Source: an uncultured delta proteobacterium (GTDB lineage Bacteria > Desulfobacterota > Syntrophobacteria > BM002). From it: DNA of 64,000 nt. Location: contig CAVQGX010000020.1 in NCBI GenBank assembly GCA_963712115.1, forward strand, positions 96,001-160,000. Direction: 5' to 3'. Positions 1 to 8,514 of the stretch are shown in pieces. The notes beneath the pieces are model-generated. The model worked only from the letters and a program-made list of their open reading frames with translations. It did no database searches and had not been told where the DNA came from. Both the position numbers and the translations under genes were made by a program. The first letter of the stretch is position 1. Every line of letters begins with the position of its first letter.

Positions 1-61
1 CGGTGCAGCCATCACCAACCTCTACCTGTCCCGATTAGACAGAAAGAGGCAAGGACAAACA

Positions 62-166
62 GACGACGGCGACACGGTGAAGACGGCGATACGGAGAAAG
101 AGTAAGCTTGCTATTAAGTATGTCAAATTTTTCTCCGTGTCTCCGCGTCATCCCGTCGCCGTTGTC
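62..166. repeat. Imperfect inverted repeat built from GACACGG/GACGG-type units
   Basis: gacgacggcgac (62-73) pairs with gtcgccgttgtc (155-166); inner acggagaaa pairs with tttctccgt. Confidence 0.6.
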
Positions 167-181
167 GACTGAAGGGGGTTA

Positions 182-1141
182 GTGTCTGAATATCGCTTCG
201 CAGTCTCTCAGAAAGATGCGGGCTCTCGCCTTGATCTTTTCTTGAGCCGCATGAGTCTGGAACTGTCTCGGAATCAGGTTCAGCGTCTAATCGATAACAA
301 CTGCATCCTGGTTAATGAAAAGCCACAGAAGGCGAGCTACAGACTCAGATCCAAAGATCAGGTTCTGGTCTCTGTTCCTCCACCCCCACTCTCCCAACTC
401 GAGCCTGAACCGCTCTCTTTAGATGTAGTTTTTGAAGACGACCATTTGATTGCCATCAATAAACCCCCTGGCTTAGTGGTGCATCCTGCCACCAGTCATC
501 GCACATCCACCCTCGTCCACGGCCTCCTCCATCATTGCGACCATCTGGCTGACCTCGGCGGGCCATTAAGGCCCGGTATAGTTCATCGGCTCGATAAAGA
601 TACAAGCGGGATTATCGTTGTGGCAAAAGAGAATTCAGCCTATCGCCATCTCAGTCACCAGTTTAAGGAAAAGCTTGTATACAAGGAATATTCCGCCCTT
701 GTTTATGGGCGCTTGCGGCATTCTTCCGGGCAGTTTACAGATCCTATCCGGAGACATCCGAAAAATCGCAAGAAAATGGGGATAATAGCTGGGGGCCGCG
801 AGGCCTCCACCTTTTGGTGGCTCGAACTTTTGTTCGGCGAGGTTTCTTTGGTGAAGGTAGTGATCAAGACAGGACGGACACATCAAATCAGAGTGCACTT
901 TGCCCATGCCCGTCATCCTGTAGTTGGTGACGCCACCTATGGCGGCAAGAAAAGGGTTAAATCTGTGCAAAACCCCCTGATGCGGGCTCGATTGAGCAAA
1001 GTGAAGCGCCAGATGCTCCACGCCCGCAGGTTGGCGCTTGAGCATCCTGCTACTGGCGAAAAACTCGATCTGTCGACCCCGTTGCCTGAAGATATGAGCG
1101 AACTATTGCGATTTTTGCGGAAGTATGGGAGTGAAAAGTAG
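182..1141 (+). CDS. rluD: RluA-family 23S rRNA pseudouridine synthase with N-terminal S4 domain (RluD-like)
   Basis: RLDxFL S4 start, NKPPGLVVHP, HRLDKDTSG catalytic motif, TGRTHQIRVH; GTG start. Confidence 0.9.
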   Translation: MSEYRFAVSQKDAGSRLDLFLSRMSLELSRNQVQRLIDNNCILVNEKPQKASYRLRSKDQVLVSVPPPPLSQLEPEPLSLDVVFEDDHLIAINKPPGLVVHPATSHRTSTLVHGLLHHCDHLADLGGPLRPGIVHRLDKDTSGIIVVAKENSAYRHLSHQFKEKLVYKEYSALVYGRLRHSSGQFTDPIRRHPKNRKKMGIIAGGREASTFWWLELLFGEVSLVKVVIKTGRTHQIRVHFAHARHPVVGDATYGGKKRVKSVQNPLMRARLSKVKRQMLHARRLALEHPATGEKLDLSTPLPEDMSELLRFLRKYGSEK

Positions 1142-1174
1142 AAAGCAAAGCCCATAGAAAAAATCGGAGTCAGG

Positions 1175-1372
1175 AAATTCGAAATCCTAATACCTAAATC
1201 CTAAACAAATTCAAATTTTCAAAATCCAAATGACCAAAACCTTTAAACTACTGATCTTATCGGTTTTGTTTTGAACATTGGAGAATTTGAAATTCGGATT
1301 TGCCCTTCGACTTGGCTCAGGGTGGTGAGCTGGTCGAACCATTTAGTGCTTCGTGCTTCGGATTCCGGATTT
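1175..1372. repeat. Long heptamer-unit inverted repeat element with a nested ~40 bp REP-like hairpin (1302-1341)
   Basis: Arms are the reverse complement of the copy at 48824-48984; nested ttcgac..gctca/tgagc..gtcgaa hairpin is absent from the other copy. Confidence 0.85.
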
Positions 1373-1443
1373 AGCCGGATCTAATATCCACGTGCTCAAT
1401 CAGATAAATAGCAATCAGCACAGAGAAATGAGGTCGTAACAAC

Positions 1444-2088
1444 ATGCTAAAGGTTGGCCTGACCGGTGGAATAGCTTCCGGGAAAAGCACAGTGTCCAGA
1501 ATCTTTGCCAGTTTTGGGGCAAAGGTTCTCGATGCCGACGAGGTCGCCCGGGAGGTATTGCTACCCGGACAGCCAGCATGGACAAGGCTGCGGCAAGTGT
1601 TTGGGCAGGAATTTTTTCATCCCGACGGCACAGTTAAACGAAAACAACTGCGCAAACTGGTTTTTGCCGATCCAGAAAAGCGAAGCCAGCTAAATGCAAT
1701 TGTGCACCCTGAAGTGATGAAAGAAATAAACCGCAGATCTGAAATCTTGTCCTCCTCAGTTCAGACTGGAGTGCTACTGGTGGATGTGCCTCTTTTGTTG
1801 GAAGTGGGAGTGGCAAACCGTTTTGACAAGGTTATCGTAGTTTATGTTAGTAAGAGTGTCCAGATTAGTCGGCTGCAGCAGCGAGATGGAATCTCGGAAG
1901 AGGAGGCAAAACAGGCATTGAAAGCACAGATGGCTCTCAGCAAGAAGGTGGGGCAGGCCGATTATGTGATCGACAACAGTGGCACACTGGAGGAGACCCT
2001 GGCTCAGGTACGGAAGGTGTGGGAGGAATTGATTAAATTGGCGCGAGAGCTAAGAGGCGGAGAGACGGAGACGGGGGGAAATGAGTGA
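1444..2088 (+). CDS. coaE: Dephospho-CoA kinase
   Basis: GLTGGIASGKST P-loop, DAD, LNAIVHP, DVPLLLE, ADYVIDNSG. Confidence 0.95.
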   Translation: MLKVGLTGGIASGKSTVSRIFASFGAKVLDADEVAREVLLPGQPAWTRLRQVFGQEFFHPDGTVKRKQLRKLVFADPEKRSQLNAIVHPEVMKEINRRSEILSSSVQTGVLLVDVPLLLEVGVANRFDKVIVVYVSKSVQISRLQQRDGISEEEAKQALKAQMALSKKVGQADYVIDNSGTLEETLAQVRKVWEELIKLARELRGGETETGGNE

Positions 2089-2272
2089 GATGGGCGAGAC
2101 GGGACTTTAAGCTGGCAGCGGGCAACTGGCAGCTGCCAGAAAACAGATATCTTCTATGCAGAATCATTGCTGTCTGCTGTCAGCTGCAAATTTACTCCAT
2201 GCTCTATGCCCCATGCTCCATGCGCTTTGCGCTATGCTCACAAGGCTGCAACAGACCATTGACAACGGACTC
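2058..2272. repeat. Cluster of short tandem hexa/heptamer units (gagacg, ctggcag, ccatgct, caacgga types)
   Basis: Visible tandem degenerate units downstream of coaE. Confidence 0.6.
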
Positions 2273-2273
2273 C

Positions 2274-2468
2274 TAGCCCGGATGTTTCATGAATTGGTGT
2301 AACGAGACCACGAAGATGGTCCTACCACCGGGCAACCGTCCCGCGGTACCGCGGGATTGATCCCGAGGCGTACCTGAATGGTACGTCGCAGGGGCCGACA
2401 CCCGAGGACGCACGGAAGGAGGGCCATATCCGTGGTCACAGTAAGCGATTCATGAAAGATCCGGACTA
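2274..2468. mobile_element. MITE-like element with 21 bp terminal inverted repeats
   Basis: tagcccggatgtttcatgaat vs reverse complement of the right end, tagtccggatctttcatgaat; internal perfect palindrome tcccgcggtaccgcggga (2339-2356); TA at both ends. Confidence 0.7.
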
Positions 2469-4355
2469 AAGTTCTTGGAGGATTTTTATATCTGATTTTT
2501 CTCTTCTGCCCATAATCCAGCGGCTGAAGGTCTGCTCTTTCTTGGCCAGAAGCAGTTGGCTGGCGAGGCTACCTCTCTGTTTTTGAAACTCCTCTTCAGT
2601 AGCGGGCTGGCGATCTTCCAATTGCAGGATCAGGAACTTGCCATCAACCTCATAAACTTCAGGCGCCACGGGCTGCCCAGGTCTGAGGGCGAATGCGGTG
2701 ATGACCAGATCCCTCTGATTTCCAATAGGCCGCGCCGGAGAAGTGGCGGTGAAGAGACCTGTTGTTTTTGCTTGTAATTTGTTGTTACGGGCAACGTTGG
2801 TAATGGTCCCTTCCTTGCGAGCGGCTTCGATCCACTCTTGCGCCTTTCTGCGGGCCAGGTCTCTACTTTGTTCCGCCAGCCAGTCTTCTCTAACTTCTTT
2901 TTTAGCTTCGTCAAGCTCCTTTAGCCTGGATTCCTGAATTGCAATTAATTGCGCCACCAGCTGATCTTCTCCCAGGGTGAGCACTGGTGAAATCTCCTTC
3001 AATTGCAGAGAAAAGATAGCTTCACTAATCTCAGGATAGGAGCCAAGCAAAGGGATAGGTTCACCGACAGCAAAGAAACCGCTTTCTTTTACTTCCAAAC
3101 TCTTCTCCAGTGCAGCTTTTTGCATATCATCCAAGGAGCGGCTTAGATCTATGAAGGACTCGGCCCGCTGCCAAGCAATTTCACCGGCCTGCTCTTGTTT
3201 GACGCTCTGGATCACACTTTCCTTTACTTCGGCCAGAGGCTTGATCGACTCTTCCTTTATATCCTCAACCTTAATGATGTGGAGACCAAAACGGCTGCGG
3301 ACCAAGTCACTGATCTCACCTTTTTCTAAAGAGAAGGCAGAGTCGGAAAAAGGCTTAACCATATCTTCGCGGGTGAAATAGCCTAAATCTCCCCCTGTGG
3401 AGGCGGTGGAGTCTTCCGAATATCTCCTTGCGAGTTCAGCAAAATCCTCCCCTTTGCGAGCCAGGTCCAGAACCATATCGGCTCTTTTTTGAATTGCTTG
3501 AATATCCGAGGTCTTGGCCTTTGGAGGTATGCGGAAAAGGATGTGGCGAGCCCGCACCTTCTCTGGTTCTTTGTAGTCCTCCTGGTGCAGTCGGTAGAAA
3601 TCTTCTATTTCCATATCTGTGGGCTGGACTTCATCTATATAGTCCCGCGGCCTAAAGCGGACGTAAAGGATGTTACGTTTGACCGGGAGTCGGTAGTTTT
3701 CACGGTGTTTGTCAAAGTAGTCCCTGATAGACTCCTCATCCACTTTCACCTGCGTCTTGAAGTCCTTCGGGTCCACCTGAACGTAGGCCAGATTCACCTT
3801 ATCCTGGGTATGATGAAAGAAGGAGAGCATTTCTGCATCCAGCACCTTGGTGCCCCGGGTGATGAACTGCTGTACTTTACTAATTAGCAGGTCTTCGCGC
3901 TGACTGGCCTCGAACTCCTGAGGAGTGAGCTTGTTTAAACGCAGGATTTGCTGGTAGCGCTGTTGATCAAAGCGGCCGTTGGTCTGGAAAGCAGGATAGG
4001 AGATTATGGCATTTTGAAGTTCTTCCCGTGAAACATCCAGTTCGAGCATTTTGGCCTCTGCCAAAAGCAGTCTGCGGTTAATTAACTGGTCCAGAGCTTG
4101 TCTTTTTAGGTTCAGGGTTTCCGCCAACTCAGGGGAAAATTGTTTGCCGAATTGACGGCGCATCTGCTCCACCAAGTTGTTGTACATGGACTGAAATTCC
4201 AGCATGCCGATGTAGGATCCATTTACCGCGGCAACGCGGCTTGCCTTTTTCTCTGTATAGGAATAACCCCCCCAGAATATGAAAACGATTACGATGGCAA
4301 AGAGGGCCACCTTGATCAGCCACGATGTGGCATGTTTGCGCATAAGTCCGAGCAT
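2466..4355 (-). CDS. ppiD: PpiD-like periplasmic chaperone (SurA N-terminal domain plus parvulin PPIase)
   Basis: N-terminal TM anchor, ARHIL, FAELARRYSED..GGDLG, FGLHIIKV; 629 aa. Confidence 0.88.
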   Translation of the reverse strand: MLGLMRKHATSWLIKVALFAIVIVFIFWGGYSYTEKKASRVAAVNGSYIGMLEFQSMYNNLVEQMRRQFGKQFSPELAETLNLKRQALDQLINRRLLLAEAKMLELDVSREELQNAIISYPAFQTNGRFDQQRYQQILRLNKLTPQEFEASQREDLLISKVQQFITRGTKVLDAEMLSFFHHTQDKVNLAYVQVDPKDFKTQVKVDEESIRDYFDKHRENYRLPVKRNILYVRFRPRDYIDEVQPTDMEIEDFYRLHQEDYKEPEKVRARHILFRIPPKAKTSDIQAIQKRADMVLDLARKGEDFAELARRYSEDSTASTGGDLGYFTREDMVKPFSDSAFSLEKGEISDLVRSRFGLHIIKVEDIKEESIKPLAEVKESVIQSVKQEQAGEIAWQRAESFIDLSRSLDDMQKAALEKSLEVKESGFFAVGEPIPLLGSYPEISEAIFSLQLKEISPVLTLGEDQLVAQLIAIQESRLKELDEAKKEVREDWLAEQSRDLARRKAQEWIEAARKEGTITNVARNNKLQAKTTGLFTATSPARPIGNQRDLVITAFALRPGQPVAPEVYEVDGKFLILQLEDRQPATEEEFQKQRGSLASQLLLAKKEQTFSRWIMGRREKSDIKILQEL

Positions 4356-4404
4356 CTTTTAACCTCGCAATGTAATGCCTTGCATGGACAGTTCGAACCA
4401 TCAA

Positions 4405-4495
4405 AACCGAAATATCGAATATTGAACAGCAGAACAAGGAACCGCAGAACCGCAGAAATATATAACGTTCACTTCGATATTCTGCGGTTCAACAT
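4405..4495. repeat. Imperfect inverted repeat with gaaccgcagaa units
   Basis: aatatcgaa / gaaccgcagaa pair with ttcgatatt / ttctgcggttc. Confidence 0.55.
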
Positions 4496-4571
4496 ACTAT
4501 CTGCCAAGATCTGCGCAAATACTTCTGCGGAAGCGAATCTCCGCCTGAATTGCTTGTTTCGGTTCGCTTGG

Positions 4572-4600
4572 AAACTAACCAAATTTCAAACCAATTGCAA
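4572..4600 (-). promoter_or_regulatory. Putative sigma70 promoter for ppiD
   Basis: Minus strand TTGCAA-N17-TAGTTT. Confidence 0.4.
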
Positions 4601-4738
4601 GTCCATAATGGAACGACATTCGCAAAGGCCAGAGGAGGGAGACACTGTTAACTCGTCTGGCCAAGGTAAGAATTCTTATACTTCAGGGGAAAACTTTGAA
4701 AATTCGCGTTCACTTTAGTTAACTTCAACCACTTCTTC

Positions 4739-4753
4739 TGACAAATATTGTCA
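4739..4753. promoter_or_regulatory. Putative enhancer (PilR-type activator site) upstream of the pilA sigma54 promoter
   Basis: Inverted repeat TGACA-N5-TGTCA ~230 bp upstream of the -24/-12 element, with an AT-rich tract in between. Confidence 0.45.
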
Positions 4754-4984
4754 AAGGGTGACACTAAGTGATGAGAAATAGATCCATCTGGCCGTTTCTC
4801 TTGCCAAAAAATATCTCAAAATTCTGGATTTACCCTATTAATCTACGACCCTTGCCAAGATGTTTCAGAGGAAAGTTAAATTAAATTTATTAATAAAATT
4901 CAATTGTTTAAATGTAATAAAGTTGAAAATCTGAAGTCGGGTTCTAGTCCCTGTTTAGTGCCCCTTCGATAAAGGCGCTCTATA

Positions 4985-5001
4985 TTGGCAAGTAAATTGC
5001 A
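4985..5001 (+). promoter_or_regulatory. Sigma54 (-24/-12) promoter of pilA
   Basis: TTGGCAAGTAAATTGCA, exact GG-N10-GC spacing, 127 bp before the ATG. Confidence 0.85.
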
Positions 5002-5127
5002 GTGTATCCGCACAAAAGAAAAAAAGAATCCAAGAATCCATGGGAGGGGGTGAAACAAGCGAAGGGTAGCATCAAGGAAGTAAATATTTGACAAAATAAA
5101 TAAATTGGAAAAGAAAGGAGAAGGCTA

Positions 5128-5343
5128 ATGCTTACAAAAATCAGAAGAAAGCTCAACAAAAAGGGTTTTACCCTCATTGAGCTGATGATCGTTATCGCCA
5201 TTATCGGTATTCTGGCCGCCATCGCTATTCCGCAGTTTGCTTCATACCGGCAAAAGAGTTACAACTCGGCGTCTCAGAGTGACCTGCGCAACATCAAAAC
5301 CAACCTGGAAGCTTACTACGCCGATTACCAGGAATATTCCTAA
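5128..5343 (+). CDS. pilA: Short type IVa major pilin, Geobacter PilA-N type (58 aa mature)
   Basis: KKG|[24 protein letters not shown] prepilin motif; YRxKxYNSAxxSDLRNxKT as in G. sulfurreducens PilA; SD aggag. Confidence 0.95.
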   Translation: MLTKIRRKLNKKGFTLIELMIVIAIIGILAAIAIPQFASYRQKSYNSASQSDLRNIKTNLEAYYADYQEYS

Positions 5344-5398
5344 ACAGCAGGGATAGAAGCGGCGCATGGTTATTAGAGAATATAAGGAGGAAAATCTC

Positions 5399-5746
5399 AT
5401 GAAGAAAATAATTATTTTCACTCTTTCCGTGGCCATGATTATGGGCTTTGCTTTACCCGTCATGGCCGACTGTACTAATGCCACCGATGTCGTCACTCTG
5501 GGAACGGGCACGACGGGCGCTGAACTTTCGTATGGTGTTTCCCAGAATGTATATGTCACCTATGCGACGACCAACAACTGGCAGGACTATGGTCTTGCTA
5601 CCACTCACAAAGCGGGTAACCGTTTTTACGGGACCACCAACAATACGACCTTGATCTACTACGGTACTAAGAGTACAGGTGATACCACCGTAAGCGCTCC
5701 CACAGCAGGAACTAGCGACCTGAGCGGTTACGGCACGCCACTCTAG
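5399..5746 (+). CDS. Secreted pilin partner, PilA-C (GSU1497)-like
   Basis: SD aaggagg then ATG 5399; Sec signal ending VMA; SxNVxVxY..N..DY..T..GNR..TNNT..IxY pattern recalled from Geobacter PilA-C; directly follows pilA. Confidence 0.8.
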   Translation: MKKIIIFTLSVAMIMGFALPVMADCTNATDVVTLGTGTTGAELSYGVSQNVYVTYATTNNWQDYGLATTHKAGNRFYGTTNNTTLIYYGTKSTGDTTVSAPTAGTSDLSGYGTPL

Positions 5747-5772
5747 GAGTCAAGAGTTGCAATACGGACACG

Positions 5773-5804
5773 AGAGGGGTCGGACGCGGACCCCTCTTTT
5801 TTTT
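5773..5804 (+). terminator. Rho-independent terminator after pilA-N/pilA-C
   Basis: agaggggtc-loop-gacccctct followed by a T run. Confidence 0.85.
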
Positions 5805-5885
5805 AGTTCGAACTACATTATTAGTATGATAGAAATATAGCTTCCTCTGCTTGCTAACCGAGATGCACTAACCTCCAGGGGCCAG

Positions 5886-6695
5886 ATGAAAAGACAGCTT
5901 ATTGCTTTTGTCACCTTATCCATCAAGGGCGGCATTCGGGATCGGGTGCTCGCGGCCATACTGGTTGTGGGGCTTCTGCTACTCCTGACCACTCCGGTAG
6001 TGGCTGTTTTTTCCATGCGCCAGGTAGTGGCCCTGGCAATGAGCTACTCTCTTTCGGTAATAAGCCTGGTGGGCCTAATTCTGACCTTATTCATGGCAAT
6101 GTCACTGCTGGCCAGAGACCTTGAGCAGCGCAGCATTTATACGGTTTGCTCTCTGCCAATTTCCCGCTCATCCTATGTGGTTGGAAAATTTTTGGGGTTT
6201 GCCGTTGTTATCTTTTTTGCTCTTGCCATTCTGGGATGCTTCACTGCAGGCGCCATCTTTGTGCTTGAGCGTATATACCCCTCAGATAGGTTATTCACCT
6301 GGGACGCCTTTCTTGTGGGGCTCTGGTTTCAGTACTGGGTTTTTCTCATCACGGGGGCCATAACTGTCCTCTTCTCCACGGTGGCAACTTCTACCTTTCT
6401 TCCCTTGGCATTGAGTGTCGGCATTTACTTCGGAAGTTACAGTACGGAAGCCGTGCGGTATTTTGTCCAGAGCGCCGGCGGACAGCAACGACTCGATCCA
6501 GTGGTTAGCATGCTTGGCCGCCTGGTGTACTGGATCCTTCCCAATTTCTCTGCCTTTGATCTCAAGTCTCAGATCATTTACGGAGTGGCCATGAACAGCA
6601 AGGCCTTACTGCTGACCCAGTTGTATGGCATCGGATATCTGGGTGTACTAATTGTCTTAGCCATGATCTCTTTTGGCCGGAGAGAGTTTCTCTGA
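5886..6695 (+). CDS. ABC-2 type permease, pilin-associated (Xap/PilI-like)
   Basis: Multiple TM segments, DLEQRSIYTVCSLPISRSSYVVGKFLG, YWILPNFSAFDLK; position after pilin. Confidence 0.8.
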   Translation: MKRQLIAFVTLSIKGGIRDRVLAAILVVGLLLLLTTPVVAVFSMRQVVALAMSYSLSVISLVGLILTLFMAMSLLARDLEQRSIYTVCSLPISRSSYVVGKFLGFAVVIFFALAILGCFTAGAIFVLERIYPSDRLFTWDAFLVGLWFQYWVFLITGAITVLFSTVATSTFLPLALSVGIYFGSYSTEAVRYFVQSAGGQQRLDPVVSMLGRLVYWILPNFSAFDLKSQIIYGVAMNSKALLLTQLYGIGYLGVLIVLAMISFGRREFL

Positions 6696-6728
6696 CGGAA
6701 AATGGTGAAGAGTGAATGGGGAATCTAT

Positions 6729-7604
6729 ATGAGATTCCTGGTGACCAGGATGAAACGAGTTTTATCACTTTTGTTTTTTTTGCTTTTGCTGATTGGCACA
6801 CAGGTGCCCCTAACCTCAGTACGCAGTTCGCAACCCCCTGAGGCTAGGATGCCTTTTTTCCCGCCAGCTCCTGTGATCAAGGCTATGAGCGGGGACCAGT
6901 ACCAGTTTCTCTCCCATGTTATCTCACTCCAGTGCCTGTTTTATTTCGGCACTCTCGTGGAAGAGAGGCAGCAGGTGAAGGATTGGAACCGGCTGGAAAG
7001 GGCCTTATACACCTCTACCCGGCTGGATCCTTACAATATGGATGCTTACTATTTTGCTCAAGCAGTCCTTACCTGGGATGCCCGCATGCCACGTCAGGCC
7101 ATAGAGCTTTTGGAATACGGCTTTTCCCACCGAACCTGGGACTGGTATCTGCCATTTTTCCTCTCTTTTGATTACGCTTTCTTTTTGAAGGATTATGCCA
7201 AAGCCGCAGAGCTCATGGCAAAGGTTGCGGAGCTAAAGCCAAATGTTGTTTGGCTGCCCACTCTGGCGGCACGCTACTTCTACGAAGGTGGCGAAACCGC
7301 TTTGGCTCTCGCCTACCTCAAGGAGATGATTGCCACCGCCCGGAATGCGGCGATGAAGAAACATTTGGAGATACGGGCTGAGGCTCTCGAGAAAATTCTG
7401 CAGATGGAAAAGGCTATTCTGATCTACAGAGAGCGTTTCCACAGAGGGCCTGAGAAGCTGGTGGATTTGGTTAGGGTAGGAATTATTGAGCGCATACCTG
7501 AAGATCCCTACGGGGGAACTTTTTATCTGGATAAAGAGGGCAGAGTGCGGACAACCAGTAAGTTAGCCTTTGGAGGTAGATCCAGTGGAGCCCGTAAAAA
7601 TTGA
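6729..7604 (+). CDS. Pilin-associated membrane-anchored TPR-like protein (XapA-like); start uncertain (6702/6729/6750)
   Basis: N-terminal TM, LDPYNMDAYY, W.LPFFL.F.Y.FFLKDY, C-terminal P.DPYGG.F; synteny with pilA and ABC genes. Confidence 0.65.
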   Translation: MRFLVTRMKRVLSLLFFLLLLIGTQVPLTSVRSSQPPEARMPFFPPAPVIKAMSGDQYQFLSHVISLQCLFYFGTLVEERQQVKDWNRLERALYTSTRLDPYNMDAYYFAQAVLTWDARMPRQAIELLEYGFSHRTWDWYLPFFLSFDYAFFLKDYAKAAELMAKVAELKPNVVWLPTLAARYFYEGGETALALAYLKEMIATARNAAMKKHLEIRAEALEKILQMEKAILIYRERFHRGPEKLVDLVRVGIIERIPEDPYGGTFYLDKEGRVRTTSKLAFGGRSSGARKN

Positions 7605-8503
7605 GGGTTTAGAGAAGGTTTACCTGAAAGGGCTCAGGCGGCAGAGGGTCCTGGCGGTCAATGATCTTCATCTTTCTGTGGCCCATGGAGAGATATTCGG
7701 ATTTTTGGGGCCTAATGGTGCTGGGAAGAGCACCACCATAAAGATCCTTTGCGATCTAATCCGTCCGACTAAAGGGAAGGCAACCATTTTGGGTAAAGAC
7801 GTGAGAAATTCTGAAGCCCGGCGTGAAATGGGATATCTTCCGGAGAATCCAAGCTATTATCCTTTCCTCACCGCCCGGGAACTCCTCCGTTTCCACGGGG
7901 CCATCCATGGGATCAGTGAGTCGACCGTACTTAAGCGTGGAGAGGAGTTGCTCTGATTTGCTGGAGCTCACCGCAGCTGCTAACCGCCCCCTTCGCACTT
8001 ACTCCAAAGGCATGGTACAGCGTTTGGGTATCTCTGCTGCCCTCATTCATGATCCCCGAGTGCTTATCCTGGATGAGCCCATGTCCGGTCTAGACCCCGT
8101 CGGCCGCAAGCTGGTCATGGATCTCATGATTCAGCTGCGCACCCAGGGAAAGAGCATGTTTTTTAGCACCCATATCTTGCACGATGTTGAGATTATCTGT
8201 GATCGCATCGGGATTATTAACAAAGGAGAACTCAAGTTCTGCGGGACTCTAAAGGATATAGCTTCCGAGAGTTTTTCCTCCTACGAGGTCGTCTTCAGAA
8301 ATGTTGAACCCCACCAGGTGCCAACCCTTCAGCAGGAGGGGTTGTCCTCTGAAACACACCAGGACAAGGTACAGGTAGAAGTTGCCAAAGAGGAACTCAC
8401 CAATTTTCTTGAAAACTGTATGCAGCAAGGCATGGAGCCTTATACTGTCGAGCCGAAGCGATTCAGCTTGGAAGATTTCTTTATGGATTTCATTGATGAT
8501 TAA
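7585..8503 (+). CDS. ABC transporter ATP-binding protein (XapD/PilH-like), split by a +1 indel near 7954
   Basis: GPNGAGKST in ORF 7570-7956; YSKGMVQR, LILDEP, STH in ORF 7823-8503; removing one base in ctctgat restores EELLDLLEL. Confidence 0.85.
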
Positions 8504-8514
8504 GCCAGGGGAGA

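Noticed and set aside
1-172. Open frame at the window start, possibly the tail of an upstream gene such as lgt
   Set aside because: Too short and mostly repeat-derived; no diagnostic motif
2085-2276. 63-aa ORF after coaE
   Set aside because: Translation of heptamer repeats (MLYAPCSMRFALC), not a credible protein
4140-4718. 192-aa ORF
   Set aside because: Antisense to the ppiD start and runs through repeat/promoter DNA; no motifs
4990-5127. c-di-GMP/cGAMP (GEMM) riboswitch in the pilA leader
   Set aside because: No GEMM consensus elements visible
5399-5480. Lipoprotein signal in the PilA-C homolog (Cys near the cleavage site)
   Set aside because: VMADC has Asp at -1, not a lipobox; SPase I cleavage after VMA is more plausible
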